DNA of 37,866 nucleotides from assembly GCF_001194135.2 (NCBI RefSeq), contig NC_069005.1, positions 13,216,866-13,254,731 of the forward strand, read 5' to 3'. Each line of letters begins with the position of its first letter. The stretch's first letter is position 1. Source of the stretch: Octopus bimaculoides (Eukaryota). The notes under the pieces were generated by a model that was not told the DNA's origin, searched no databases, and was given only the letters and a program-made list of their open reading frames with translations. The translations under genes and the position numbers were made by a program. Of the stretch, positions 1-12,145 are shown piece by piece.

Positions 1-230
1 CACATTCCTTGATATATATATATACACATACATACACACACACACACGCACACATATATATACCCCTGTATAAACGATATACCAATAGATTGTGTGTGTG
101 TGTGAGAATCATTTTACTTTTTCTCCTTTTTATACATATGTATGTTTGTATGTGTACGTGTATGTACGTATATACGTGTGTGTGCATGTATGTAGGTATG
201 CATGTATGTACGTAACGTATGTACTGTATA
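1..230. repeat. Mixed TA/CA/TATG low-complexity microsatellite tract
   Basis: Visible (AT)n, (AC)n and (TATG)n runs; ORFs here are YIYI/HTHT artefacts. Confidence 0.85.
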
Positions 231-563
231 AAGCTAGGATAAATGAAATTGTATGGAAGAGCAGATGGCGGAGTTACGAAAGCAGGAAATTAGTTGAATT
301 TTGTGTCATGTTGCCATGTTTGGCGCTTAAGTTTTGAATCGTTGTTCACCTATGCCGTTTCGGAGAAAAAACAAAGACCTGAAGAACATTTGAAACATTC
401 TCTGTACAACGATGAAACCCCTTAAATAGATGAAAATTCAAATGGAAGCCGCGTTGAGGCGAAGGTAGTTTCTGAGAATGTGCAAATGGCAGCACAAATC
501 CGTTTTGGTTTTGTCGGTGAAAGTGGAATATTCAAAGCTTTGTATTATGTATATACGAACGTA

Positions 564-719
564 GGCGTAGGCTATGTGGTTGTGCGGTAAGCAGATTACT
601 TCCCAACCATGTGACTTTGAGTTCAATCCCATTGCGCAGCTCCGGGCCGGCCAATGTTCTGTGAGTGTATTAGGTAAACTGAAACTGACAGAAGCCATCT
701 ATAAATGTGTGTGTGTGTG

Positions 720-777
<58 letters not shown>
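564..777 (+). mobile_element. Degenerate copy of tRNA-headed SINE family A, ending in its internal (TG)n tract at a gap
   Basis: ggcgtaggctatgtggttgtgcggtaag...gagttcaatccc (A/B-box-like) followed by ccgggccggccaa...aaactga..gaagcc, collinear with the 4643-5071 copy; (TG)n 706-777. Confidence 0.7.
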
Positions 778-1348
778 NNNNNNNNNNNNNNNNNNNNNNN
801 NNNNNNNNNNNNNNNNNNNNNNNNNNNNNNNNNNNNNNNNNNNNNNNNNNNNNNNNNNNNNNNNNNNNNNNNNNNNNNNNNNNNNNNNNNNNNNNNNNNN
901 NNNNNNNNNNNNNNNNNNNNNNNNNNNNNNNNNNNNNNNNNNNNNNNNNNNNNNNNNNNNNNNNNNNNNNNNNNNNNNNNNNNNNNNNNNNNNNNNNNNN
1001 NNNNNNNNNNNNNNNNNNNNNNNNNNNNNNNNNNNNNNNNNNNNNNNNNNNNNNNNNNNNNNNNNNNNNNNNNNNNNNNNNNNNNNNNNNNNNNNNNNNN
1101 NNNNNNNNNNNNNNNNNNNNNNNNNNNNNNNNNNNNNNNNNNNNNNNNNNNNNNNNNNNNNNNNNNNNNNNNNNNNNNNNNNNNNNNNNNNNNNNNNNNN
1201 NNNNNNNNNNNNNNNNNNNNNNNNNNNNNNNNNNNNNNNNNNNNNNNNNNNNNNNNNNNNNNNNNNNNNNNNNNNNNNNNNNNNNNNNNNNNNNNNNNNN
1301 NNNNNNNNNNNNNNNNNNNNNNNNNNNNNNNNNNNNNNNNNNNNNNNN

Positions 1349-1708
1349 CAGCGGACTCGCGGTCATAGGATCGCGGCTTCGATTCCCAGACCGGGCGTTG
1401 TGAATGTTTATTAAGCGAAAACACCTAAAGCTCCACGAGGCTCCGGCAGGGGATGGTGGCGAACCCTGCTGTACTCTTTCACCACAACTTTCTCTCACTC
1501 TTACTGCATGTTTCTGTTGTGCCTGTATTTCAAAGGGTCAGCCTTGTGACACTGTGTCACGCTGAATATCCCCGAGAACTACGTTAAGGGTAAACGTGTC
1601 TGTGGAGTGCTCAATCACTTGCACGTTAATTTCACGAGCAGGCTGTTCCGTTGATCGGATCAACTGGAACCCTCGACGTCGTAAGCGACGGAGTGCCAAC
1701 AACAACAA
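1349..1708 (+). mobile_element. tRNA-headed SINE family B (5' end in gap), (CAA)n tail
   Basis: gcggactcgcggtcataggatcgcggcttcgattccc is a tRNA anticodon/T-arm-like head with B box; ends gacggagtgccaacaacaacaa; internal palindrome gtgacac-t-gtgtcac at 1546-1560. Confidence 0.7.
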
Positions 1709-2044
1709 AGCTTGCTAGAACTGGGTCAAAGAAAGAGAGATTGCAATACAACGGCAGAGTAACGATTTTATTGGACGCAAAGTATAGTTCAGTGTTACAC
1801 AGAGGCTATCAGTTTCATCGCGAGCAGAAATCGTCGACCTGTGAAATTTTTAGAAATTGAATTTGTATCTGTTTGACCCAGAAACGTTAAGTGCTGTTGT
1901 GTTGAGTGGTTATTTCTTTTAAGGGGAAGGGGGCTTTTTTTTTTTGTTTCTGCTTATTAGAGAGCTCTTTACGTTTCTGCTTATTAGATTTTTCTGCAAC
2001 TTCTCTTTCGAAATGTACGTGTTGAGATGAGAGAGATATATAGA

Positions 2045-2046
<2 letters not shown>

Positions 2047-2083
<37 letters not shown>

Positions 2084-2297
2084 TGTGTGTCTTGTGTGTG
2101 TGTGTGTGTGCGTGCGAGTCCGCGCACGTGTATGTGTCTGTGTGTCTTGTGTGTGTGTGTGTGTTGTGTGTGTCTCTGTGTGCATGTGTGTGCGNNNNNN
2201 NNNNNNNNNNNNNNNNNNNNNNNNNNNNNNNNNNNNNNNNNNNNNNNNNNNNNNNNNNNNNNNNNNNNNNNNNNNNNNNNNNNNNNNNNNNNNNNNN

Positions 2298-2350
<53 letters not shown>
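2047..2350. repeat. (TG)n microsatellite spanning an assembly gap
   Basis: Long (TG)n on both sides of N-run 2195-2297. Confidence 0.95.
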
Positions 2351-2354
<4 letters not shown>

Positions 2355-2554
2355 GGTATGACGGTATATAAGTGAGCGTTCTGTGATTAGAATGACTAAG
2401 TTTTAATTAGTCATTCGGTCGTCGGTGGGATGTGAATGGCTTTAGTGGTATCGTAACAATAAAAAAAAATAGAACAGTAAGTCCTGTCCTAAGTCCGAGG
2501 ACGCATAGAAACGTTTGCCCGGTTCTCACGGTGAGTAAGTGTCCAAGATAACTC

Positions 2555-2736
2555 CTTTCCCCTGGAGAGGGCCCCTGTCCGTCGCGGGGTTACTCATTTA
2601 CAGTTGAGCGAACAAGAGCAACGTAAAATGAAGTATTTTGCTCAAGGGCCCAATGCGCCCTCCGGCGCTGCATTCAGAATCACGATCTTGCGATTGGGAA
2701 AGCAATGTCCCTAACCACTACGCCCCGCGCCTTCAC
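2555..2736 (-). mobile_element. tRNA-headed SINE family C (CORE-like central motif), degenerate
   Basis: Minus strand begins gtgaaggcgcggggcgtagtggttagggac (A box); contains ccttgagcaaaatacttca and gagtaaccccgcgacggac shared with 35155-35402. Confidence 0.7.
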
Positions 2737-3245
2737 TATCGTAAATGAACACGCCTGAGATTTTATTTTATGCAAATGAAATTCATTAAAGCATAAAAAT
2801 TCATATAGATATTGATCAGTTAAGGGATTTTATAGATATTGAATTTTTAGGGATGGAAAAAATGCCTAAGTAAAATGATTTTTGTGTTTTATGTTTTTTA
2901 AGAAAATTAATTATAGGATGGAGTATGTGAGGTACCGAGGGTGGACAGATGCAACACATCTGAAATGCATGCTAACGTAAGTGGAATGCAGATGAATTCT
3001 GGAGATGGTTCGGGTTAATTCCGTTCGTTAGCAGTGTAATAATTTTTTGTTAATTAATATGCCTCTATTTAAATCTAAATTTGATATTTTTCATAATCAC
3101 TCTTTTGATAATACCTTCATAGTTCGTCAATAGCATTTCTCCACACCCCCCCCCCCTCAAAAAAAAAGGAAATATGAATATACGTGGCTAATTATATGTA
3201 TACTTATGAATTTGTAGCGATTTATTAGCCGTGAAATACGGAGCT

Positions 3246-3248
<3 letters not shown>

Positions 3249-3277
<29 letters not shown>

Positions 3278-3447
3278 CATACATACATACATACATACAT
3301 ACAAAAATACCCTGTTGTCGATGTTGAAATTCCAATGAAAGAGCCTTGGATCTAGGTTAGGAATCGGTTCTTTCTCTGTTGGAAACAAATCTTGAAATAA
3401 AACTGAATAATGACATATATACATGCATGCATACATACATACATACA

Positions 3448-3480
<33 letters not shown>

Positions 3481-3500
3481 GCGTACATACATACATACAC
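3249..3500 (+). mobile_element. 3' tail (3303-3414) of RLE-type non-LTR retrotransposon embedded in (CATA)n
   Basis: 3303-3414 is closely similar to 36507-36617 (aaaaataccctgttg...gaaataaa.ctgaataatgac); flanked on both sides by (CATA)n. Confidence 0.75.
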
Positions 3501-3572
3501 ATAAACACACACACTGATACAGGCACATATATTTACATACCTATATATATGATACATATGTATCATACGGAC

Positions 3573-3614
<42 letters not shown>

Positions 3615-4642
3615 ATATATGTATATATGTGTGTGTGTGCGTATGTGTGTATGTATGTATATAAGCATTATATTGTTTAATGTACACAGTGTAAATTTAT
3701 GAGCTACTAACAGTTTCATGCATAGTTTTCTTCTAGGCATTTGTTAACAATCCACCCAGTGTCTCCGAGTAATCTTCGGGCTCTGAGCACATATTAGAAA
3801 TCAAGACAATTGAACAAGAGAAATCAGAAGAAGAAATGATAGGAATGGGGGTGCAAAAAGTGGAAGGTGTAGAAACGTAAAAAGAAAGGGAGACAGAAGG
3901 AAATTATAGATATGTCTTCTTGGATCGTAAAGGCATAAAGCTTGTCGGGATAGAAGCAACTAACTTAATATATGTATGTGTCTACATATACAACTCGTTA
4001 TACAGCTTGTTCTACTTATGTAATTTGATATATATTAAAGAATTTTGAATGATATAGCTTATGAGTTTCATGTAATGTATTACAGACGTGGTTTCGGTCA
4101 GTGTGACATATAGAATGCAGCTGGAATAAGTTACTACATTCAAATACCTACCTGTTGTTTTCTTTTTGAACAAAATATTTTATTAGTTGGTCTGTTAAAA
4201 AGAGGGTTGTTTCCATGACGTTTACAGGCCCGTAAAACTTGACGAAATTTAAGGACTTTCATGTTCCAATTAAGCAACGGCTAGACGACAACTTCACGAA
4301 ATACATACTCTCAATTTCGCCTGTTCTTCCGAGCACACTGGGCAGCAAATTGACGCACCTTCTTTGTAACACAGCCATGGTTTTGCTAATGTATGGGTGA
4401 CGTCAGTCTCAATATAATGTGGCATCAAAATATCGAGACAATAGGAAGTACATAAGCAGAAAATAAATTCCAGAATGTTCGTGGAAGAAGGATTTACCGT
4501 TGATCATATGTACAGGGAAATTCACTGCATTGTTAGGTATATAAAAGAAGTTTTATTATCTCTTCGGTTCTTGATTTTCTTAATTGGTTAATTACTACGC
4601 TTGAAAATAACAGAATTTCTCATCTAAGCACCAAAAATTAAC

Positions 4643-4806
4643 GAGTGGCTGTGTGGTAAGTAGCTTGCTTACGATCCACATGGTTCCGGGTTCAGTCCCA
4701 CTGTGTGGCACAATGGCCAAGTGTCTTCTACTATAGCCTCGGGCCGCCCAAAGCCTTGTGAATGGATTTGGTAGACGGAAACTGAAAGAAGCCCGTCGTA
4801 TATATG

Positions 4807-4865
<59 letters not shown>

Positions 4866-5071
4866 GTGTGTCTGTGTTTGTCCCCACAACATCGCTTGAC
4901 AACCGATGCTGGTGTGTATACGTCCCCGTAACTTAGCAGTTCGACAAAAGAGACCGATAGAATAAGTACTAGACTTACAAAGAATAAGTCCTGAGGTCGA
5001 TTAGCTCGACTAAAAAAAAAAGGCGGTGCTCCAGCATGGCCGCAGTCAAATGACTGAAACGAGTAAAAGAG
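4643..5071 (+). mobile_element. Near full-length tRNA-headed SINE family A with internal (TA)n(TG)n
   Basis: Head gagtggctgtgtggtaag...gggttcagtccc; internal microsatellite about 4800-4870; 3' end gctccagcatggccgcagtcaaatgactgaaacgagtaaaagag; matches the reverse complement of 17861-18241. Confidence 0.9.
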
Positions 5072-5300
5072 TATTTATCGATTTAAAAATTTTTCTTGGT
5101 GTTGTTTGGCCATTAGACAAATCTCATCGACCAAACTTACAATGGAAGGCTTTCCAGACATGACTTTCCCATATTTCTTTAGAACGTCATTATCCACTGC
5201 AGCATTTCCCATCCTTTTCGCTACCAAGAAACGCTTTTGTTAAAATAAGTTCACCCGTAACCCTCGAGATTTTGTGTACTTAAGAAACCGATGAGCCGCA

Positions 5301-5680
5301 CCTAGAGTCGCATGGTTAATAAGGTCAATTCGCAACCGTACGGTTTCTGGTTCAGTCTCATAGCACAACACTTTGGGCAAATGTCTCTTACTATAACCCC
5401 GGGCCGACCAATCCCGCCTGAGTAAATTTGGTAGAAAAAAACTGCATGGAAACCCGTCGTATATATACGTGTGTGTGTGTGTGTGTGTGTGTGTGAGCGT
5501 GCATTACTGTGTTTGTTCACTCACTACATGACAACCGGTGTTGGTGTTTTTATGTTCTTGTTAGGTAACATCTCGCCAAAAAGAGATCAACAAAATAAGG
5601 AAGGAAACTTTAAAAGTTATATACTGGGGTGGATTTGATCGATAAACCCTTCGGGGCGATGCCCCAGCATCGCCATTATC
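5301..5680 (+). mobile_element. Older diverged SINE family A copy
   Basis: Same order of motifs (ttgggcaaatgtctc, cgggccgacca, ccgtcgtatatata(TG)n, gacaaccggtgttggtgt, gccccagcat) as 4643-5071. Confidence 0.7.
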
Positions 5681-5924
5681 CTATGAAATCCCCAGTTTCA
5701 GTTCTCAAAAAGATATATTTACCTGCATAATCACTTGTACATACATGAGTAAATCTGTTTTAGGCAACAACCTTTTAAAATTTTGAGCAGAACTCACGAA
5801 GCACAACCGAGAAGGGCCGCCGCATAGGGAACTGTTGATCTTGTGCGTATTCTACCTTCTTGAAGATAGCATGGTGAGGTACGAGGAAGATTTAGTTACT
5901 ATTTCTTGCACCCAAATGACCGTT

Positions 5925-6030
5925 GAGAGTCCTACCTGTTAGACTCGTAATGTGTTGGTGTATGGTGCCGAATCGTGGACGTTGGCTTCTGGCTCCATGC
6001 TCTTGGTTGATAGGACTGGGGTCATTATTG
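5925..6030 (+). mobile_element. RTE-like LINE reverse transcriptase C-terminal remnant
   Basis: Frame from 5949 reads NVLVYGAESWTL, matching the RTE-clade VLLYG.E.W.L motif; stop codon just upstream. Confidence 0.45.
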
Positions 6031-6384
6031 AAGATGAATTTGAACATGGTGGAAATCATAGAAATAGGGTTCGCTGAATCACCCGAATACCTTGGGTCCT
6101 CATAGTATCTAGGACAAACCGGTTTTGAGATGGTTTTTCTTTTTTTGTCAGTCAACTGTGTGTCGATGGATTTTGGAACAGGGTTTGCCTTGGCATGGCC
6201 AATTCACTTATTTATATCATAAAAGTTGCCCTCCAATAAACCACAGACTTGTCTTCGTTCATAATAATAGAAACAATCCAAAGGAACGCCTATAAAATCG
6301 TTGGATTGAAAATGGCTTTTAAAAGAATTTTGAGGGAGTAAAAGGTTAACGATGCTGGACATCTGACCATAAACTGACCGTTGC

Positions 6385-6550
6385 CAGTACCGCTTAAAAT
6401 GGTGTCTTTTACGTACCACCTGCACAGGAGCCAGTCCAGCAGCACTGGCAATGATCTCGCTCGAATGTTTTTACACGTGCCATCCGGCACAAGTGCCAGG
6501 AAGGCGATGCTGGGTACAGGTGCCATGACGGTTTCGCTTTCGCTTGCCCC
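6385..6550. repeat. Interspersed repeat fragment with repeated gtgcca/ggcac motifs
   Basis: GC-richer segment with recurring gtgcca..ggcac words; resembles an octopus retroposon body (memory only). Confidence 0.35.
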
Positions 6551-6551
6551 A

Positions 6552-6600
<49 letters not shown>

Positions 6601-7010
6601 GATTGATTGATTGATTGATTGAGAGAGAGAGAGAGAGCAGTGCATGCCATCAAAATGACACTGGGTTAAAATATACGAAGCCCAGTATATCCATCATGAC
6701 TACCCGTCTGATAAGGGTACACCAAGCACATGCATCACAACCATATGTGCGCGACATAGTGATCTCATACCGAGGTAAACAGCGCATGACCTTGCAGGTG
6801 GGGGCCCAGTTAGAATTTTCTTCAAATCGAGTAGCCTATCCCGCTCAAAAGATCCCTGAATAAGGGTTGTTTAAGGATGTTGAACAAAACACCCATATTT
6901 CCAAAGGTGAATTATCCAAACCCCAAAGAATTCCTCTCAACACATGGCTATAATTCTCCCCCACTACTTTTGCTCGTAATCAGAAATGCACATATCGTCA
7001 GCCACTAAGA
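6552..7010 (-). mobile_element. 3' portion of a retroposon ending in (TC)n(TCAA)n(TAA)n tail
   Basis: Minus strand ends ...gatggcatgcactgctctctctc-(tcaa)n-(taa)n, a typical non-LTR simple-repeat tail; no coding homology recognised. Confidence 0.45.
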
Positions 7011-7084
7011 CTGGTGCTATTATTTGATTCTTTCACCCGCACTATTCTCACTGAGAAAAAATAAACACTCGGATTTTTTGTGTG

Positions 7085-7155
7085 GAATCAAGTACCCTGA
7101 CCTCCTAATACGCTACAAACTCGGCGTGCTAACGATTCAGCCAGCTCACCGCCTT
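7085..7155 (-). mobile_element. SINE family D-like tRNA head fragment
   Basis: Minus strand aaggcggtgagctggctgaatcgttagcacgcc, same head as the 10935-11110 copy. Confidence 0.55.
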
Positions 7156-7172
7156 ATAATAATAATAATAAT

Positions 7173-7293
7173 CCTTTCTACTATAGGCACAAGGATTGGA
7201 TTTTTGTGGGGAGGGTGACAGTCGATCACATTTATCTCAGTATTTAACTGGTACTTCATTTATCGACGTAAAGCTTCTGTCGGCTCGCCTCCT
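7173..7293 (-). mobile_element. Internally deleted SINE family D copy
   Basis: Minus: aggaggcgagccgacagaa fused to gtcgataaatgaagtaccagtt...ccttgtgcctatagtagaaagg with a (ATT)n tail. Confidence 0.6.
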
Positions 7294-7294
7294 A

Positions 7295-7347
<53 letters not shown>

Positions 7348-7368
7348 CAACAACAACAACAACAATAA
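7294..7368. repeat. (AAT)n(AAC)n microsatellite
   Basis: Direct reading; explains the poly-N ORF 7196-7432. Confidence 0.95.
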
Positions 7369-7876
7369 TGATCTCGAAACGCCTGACTATTTGTGTAGGC
7401 ATCGGAATGCGCATAAACAAACAATTAGTTAGCCATCCTGCAATTTTTTCTCAAAAGATAAATTAATCATATTTTCAATCAGTTTATACATATCATCTCT
7501 TAATGAGTGATTGCCTAAATTTCTGAGATAAATTATTAAAAAGATTATAAATGTTTTAAATTATTAATCCCATCGTCGGAGATGAAATATCTTTAGCTAT
7601 TTNNNNNNNNNNNNNNNNNNNNNNNNNNNNNNNNNNNNNNNNNNNNNNNNNNNNNNNNNNNNNNNNNNNNNNNNNNNNNNNNNNNNNNNNNNNNNNNNNN
7701 NNNNNNNNNNNNNNNNNNNNNNNNNNNNNNNNNNNNNNNNNNNNNNNNNNNNNNNNNNNNNNNNNNNNNNNNNNNNNNNNNNNNNNNNNNNNNNNNNNNN
7801 NNNNNGGTGTAAACATTTTGCATAAAAATTATCTGATAAGATCTCAACGGAAACCTTATCAGATGTGCGTGTTCAC

Positions 7877-7879
<3 letters not shown>

Positions 7880-7928
<49 letters not shown>

Positions 7929-8135
7929 GTGTGTGTGTGTTCATGTGTGTGCGTACGTACATGTGTATGCGCGTGTGTGTGCGTGTGTGCGCATGTGTGT
8001 GTGCGCATGTGAGTGTGCGTGTATGTGCCTATGTGTATGTACTTATGTGTGCAGATGTGTGTATGAGTATGTGTTTGTGTGCGTGTGTATGAGTGCGTGT
8101 GTATGAGTGCGTGCACGCGTGTGTATGTGTATTCT

Positions 8136-8168
<33 letters not shown>
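7880..8168. repeat. Degenerate (TG)n/(TA)n tract between gaps
   Basis: Direct reading. Confidence 0.9.
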
Positions 8169-8479
8169 NNNNNNNNNNNNNNNNNNNNNNNNNNNNNNNN
8201 NNNNNNNNNNNNNNNNNNNNNNNNNNNNNNNNNNNNNNNNNNNNNNNNNNNNNNNNNNNNNNNNNNNNNNNNNNNNNNNNNNNNNNNNNNNNNNNNNNNN
8301 NNNNNNNNNNNNNNTATATATATATATATATTCGATAACGAGAAACTCGGCATTCTGAAAGGAAGTGTTCCGAGCTTATGTCATTTATTAAATTTATTGC
8401 TTGGAGATAAGAGACCAGTCGTCTACATGTGTTTCTGGCTCAACAGCCGTCATCAGCACGACAGTTGATCGACCATATC

Positions 8480-8635
8480 TCCAGTAGTCAAAGGACTTAG
8501 AGTTATCCGAAAAAAGGGAACTTATTTATACTCTAGGCATTCTACATATTTTTTCCTGCCATACAGTGTAATCGAAAGTAGAATCGAAACCGCGAAGTTA
8601 CGAACCGAACTTCTTAACCACACCGCTACGCTTGC
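8480..8635 (-). mobile_element. Highly degenerate SINE head
   Basis: Minus strand gcgtagcggtgtggttaagaagttcg...ggtttcgattc (A box and B box). Confidence 0.4.
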
Positions 8636-9059
8636 TTTGCGCTCACTAAACAGGTAAGGATTCACAATATTAAATATTTTTACTAACAAAGCAATATCCT
8701 CGAGCTATGTTGAAATGCCATCGACTGAAGCCTGTCTCTTGTCATCTGAAGTGTTATCTCAAGTACTGAGATAATAAGATGTTCTAAAATCACTCGAAAT
8801 TCATTGTTGTTGTGATTATTGTTGTTTAGCCCAAGGTAAGCCTTCTAACGAGCATACTTATGATCATAGGCAAACTGGCCGTATCCACCCTGTCCCTTTC
8901 TTCTTTTGGTGTTTCATATCTATTTGTCGGCCACAGTATTAATTTTGCCAGCACACGGCCCAAATATAAGATCGCAGTTGGTGTGAATATAACTGAATCC
9001 ATACGATTCACGTAGAGAAAGGTATCGTAGTTATACAATTTATCGATCTTTATCGGCGA

Positions 9060-9175
9060 ACGTTTAGCCTATGAGTTCAAATCATGTCGGCGTTGCCTTT
9101 GTCTGTCATACTTTCGGAGTCGATAAAATAGAGCAAAATAAATACCTGTTAAATACTGCAATCGATTTTGTCTAT
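9060..9175 (+). mobile_element. SINE family D central fragment
   Basis: tgagttcaaatcatgtcggcgttgcctttgtctgtcatactttcggagtcgataaaat resembles 11162-11335. Confidence 0.55.
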
Positions 9176-9279
9176 ATTAGAAATCAATCACATTATTATA
9201 TACTATCAAACCCATGTACATTCATACATACACATGTACACAGTCAAGTACACGCTTAGGCGTATTGTACATACATACA

Positions 9280-9336
<57 letters not shown>

Positions 9337-10070
9337 TAGTATGTATGTATATAGACTCTCCTGGGTATAGCATTAAGTTCCATCTGGTGGTGAGACTCTA
9401 CTTCGGGAGTTCTGGAGTTGTATTAGTGTCGAGTCACTCTTTAATAACCATTACTCCCTGGTGTATTCTGCCTTTAGCAGAGATTGCTCTGGCGCAAGCA
9501 TTCGGTATAAGTCTCTAATTTGAGGATAATTTCTCCACTCCTCTCACTAATCTTGGCGACCCTGGAGAAGGGAACCCTTCCCTCCCAAAATAAAATAAAA
9601 CATATATAGATAAATACGCTCTGTGAAAATAATAACCCGTTCACTCTTAACATTTCGCTTATTGTCTTCAGTCGGATACGAAAGGTCGCAACAAGTGATG
9701 GCTACAATTTCTAGAGAAAATCTGGAGAGATAACCTTCACACGTCAAGTCTTCAGTCTGTACACAAATTAAATATCTTAGGCCAGACATACGCACAGACC
9801 CGCTTGATATGTGATCACCTCGGCCAAGGTTTGACAGACTTCATATATAAATGGCTCAATTCATGGAATCATTGATAGCTTATTGTCCTCCATCATGTGA
9901 ATTTCTAAATATATAATTAAAAAGTATAATTGATAAAAAGAAAAATTCTCGATTTAGAAACAATAATTCTTTTGTTCTTATGTGTCATTGCTGCTTTTTA
10001 ATAAGAAATATTTAAAGAAATTCAATGAAAATACTTAGCGAAACTAAAAGAGAAAGATAAAAGACAACCA

Positions 10071-10915
10071 TTATATCGGTGAAAGTACGAGGTCTAGAGG
10101 GCAGTATGCTCTAATGTGGCTCTTTGGGCCACATTGAAAACAACGTGGTACTCTGCCCTCTACCCACACCATCAGCACGATTTCCCCCAACGTCACCGTC
10201 TCAGCCAAGTTCTCCAGTTGATCCTCTTCCGTCTGAATAATGAGTTCAAGTGTCTTTCCTTTCCACCTTCCTTCCTCCGTTTCTGTGGATTGGAGGACAG
10301 CCACCTTCTCGCTTCCAACAAGGACAGCTGCCGCTACCCAAGCCACTTCTATATCCGGTGGAATTGCTTTTACCCTCACCTTGGAAGTCTTTCTTCTAAG
10401 GTATGTGGGCAGAAACACTACTTCCTCTGTTTTTACCGTTACACTCGTCAGCCTCCTCGCCTCCTCTACTGTCCTAAATTGGACGACCATTGTCCCATAT
10501 CTTTTTCCTTTGGTTATGCACGTTATCTCCTTTGATGGTTCCCTCGGCGCCCTTTCCACTTCTGTCTCCACCTGTTCTGCCTTTTTTCCTTTCAACTAGT
10601 ACACCTTATAGGTGATCGTTTTCTTCTCCATCCTCTCCATAATTCCTTTGGGGAGCGACAACTTTACGTCACCGCCCACCTTCTGAGCCATGTTCTCATA
10701 CTCCTTCATACCAGTCAAGTCCAGCTCCCTTCGCTTCACCTCCGTGGCTTCAACAAAACTCCTTTTCTTCAACACTCCGTCCATCTTTATGACCGCCCTT
10801 ACCAGCTCCTCCTCTGATGACGACAACTCAGACCCGTCAAGGTCTGAGTACATCTTCTAAGCAACACAAAAAACTACGTCCGACTCTTACAAAATCCAGA
10901 CAGGAAATAACCCGA
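10071..10915 (-). mobile_element. L1/Tx1-like element A: ORF1 with CCHC zinc knuckle, one in-frame stop, truncated after the knuckle
   Basis: ORFs 10853-10596 and 10595-10071 are in one frame separated by TAG; ends VEGRVPRCFQCGPKSHIRAYCP (CX2CX4HX4C); aligns with ORF1 of elements B and C (VVFLPTY, VEG..PRC). Confidence 0.8.
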
Positions 10916-10934
10916 CGCATGAATATTTTTAGGG

Positions 10935-11110
10935 AAGGCGGCTAGTCGATCACACGGACCCTACTTTGGACTGTTACTTATTCCCTCGACCCCCAAAAGA
11001 TGAAGAGCAAAGTCGGGCTCGACAGAATTTGAACTCAGAACTTAAAGACGGGTGAAATACCGCAAAGCATTTTGTCCGGCGTGCAAATGATTCTGCTAGC
11101 AAACCGCCTT
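10935..11110 (-). mobile_element. tRNA-headed SINE family D (Nin/Deu-like central domain)
   Basis: Minus: aaggcggtttgctagcagaatc...ctgagttcaaattc...gactttgctcttcatcttttgggggtcga. The domain name is from memory. Confidence 0.75.
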
Positions 11111-11161
11111 TAGCTATACAGGAATGATAAAGNNNNNNNNNNNNNNNNNNNNNNNNNNNNN

Positions 11162-11335
11162 AGCAGCATTTCGCCCGCCTTTACGTTCAGTATTCATATG
11201 CCACCGGAGTCGACTTTGCCTTTCATCCTGTCGGGGAGGTTCAAATAAGAAACCAATTGATTACTGGAGTTGATGTAATTGATTTATACCCTCCTCTGAA
11301 ATTGCTGGCCTTGTGCCAAAATTTGAAATCAGTAA
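11162..11335 (+). mobile_element. SINE family D copy (head in gap)
   Basis: gcatttcgcccgcctttacgttc...gagtcgactttgcctttcatcctgtcgggg...ggccttgtgccaaaatttgaaatc. Confidence 0.75.
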
Positions 11336-11661
11336 TAAAGTAGAGTCGAGGAAAGGTGAGTATTTGTTTCGACCTAACCTAACGAATTACAGGCACTTAA
11401 TTTAGAAATTCTGCATTGATGAAAACCAAACTTAAATTTTCGTGTTTATGTTTTTTAAGTAGAAACGTAGAAGAGCAGTATTAAATAACTCTAGATTTAC
11501 TGTTCTGCCAGCACATTTCCGTTATGCACATAAATTATAGCAATATGATTGCATACTTACCAAATAAAAATGTTTCAGCTTTTATTTTTCGTAAATATTG
11601 CGCTGTCAGATAAATGTGTTCGTTCTTCATTCCGCCACGAAGCGTTTTAAATTTTTCTAGT

Positions 11662-11850
11662 GTTATTTGAACTGTCACAAAAATATCGCTGTACCAAGCA
11701 GCAATTGAACTGCGGAAAGTCGGGCCCAACCCGGCCTCCTTGAGTACCGCCACCAAGTACCTATGGTCGATCCTATCAAATGTTTTAGACTGGTCTAAAT
11801 GTACCAGTGCCCTACCTTTGCCAGAAAATTTCCCTAGCAGAGTAATGGGC
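11662..11850 (-). pseudogene. Tx1-like ORF2 reverse transcriptase fragment of element B
   Basis: Translates GKGRALVHLDQSKTFDRIDHRYLVAVLKEAGLGPTFRSSIAAWY, the L1/Tx1 D..KAFDR motif region. Confidence 0.8.
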
Positions 11851-11854
11851 TGAA

Positions 11855-11921
11855 AATTACGAGGAAGAAATTGACTTCGATTGGTGGGTTACGAAAATGG
11901 ACACCAGCAAAATACCGAAAA
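11855..11921 (+). repeat. 67-bp exact inverted copy of 15446-15512
   Basis: Base-by-base comparison: aattacgagg...aataccgaaaa is the exact reverse complement of ttttcggtat...cctcgtaatt. Confidence 0.9.
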
Positions 11922-11935
11922 CAAATACCAGCGTT

Positions 11936-12145
11936 CATCAAGTTGTTTAAGGAAACCTATCTTTTTCCTAGCACATAGGTCTTCGCATGAAGAAAGATAA
12001 AAGTCCGCCAATAGGGGGCTACAATTGCCACCCATTGGAATTCCCCTAATCTGCTCAAACACCCTACCTGCAAACATTACAATGAATAATAAAACTAACC
12101 ATTTCTTTCATCTTTCTTTTACTGATATTACTATATTCCTTAAGA
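11936..12145 (-). mobile_element. Penelope-like (Naiad-type) RT fragment inserted in element B
   Basis: MFAGRVFEQIRGIPMGGNCSPLLADFYLSSCE; clearly homologous, with several substitutions and a short indel, to 24910-25130. Confidence 0.85.

Noticed and set aside
375-400. ctgaaga...gaaac hammerhead-like words, also ctgacga near 6995 and 18965, and ctgaaga near 27635
   Set aside because: No stem II or stem I pairing around the motifs.
574-1498. Long ORFs of 200-370 aa here and at 16963-17780, 21951-22667, 25760-26757, 32021-33175
   Set aside because: They consist of X from N-gaps plus dipeptide repeats from microsatellites; not genes.
1946-1988. 16-bp direct repeat, likewise 13-bp x3 at 27906-27944 and a 14-bp minisatellite at 30870-30940
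   Set aside because: Ordinary slippage duplications; not CRISPR-like (no unique equal-length spacers).
6130-6300. Minus-strand frame YERRQVCGLLEGNFYDINK*IGHAKANP that looks protein-like
   Set aside because: Could not assign it to any family from memory; contains a stop.
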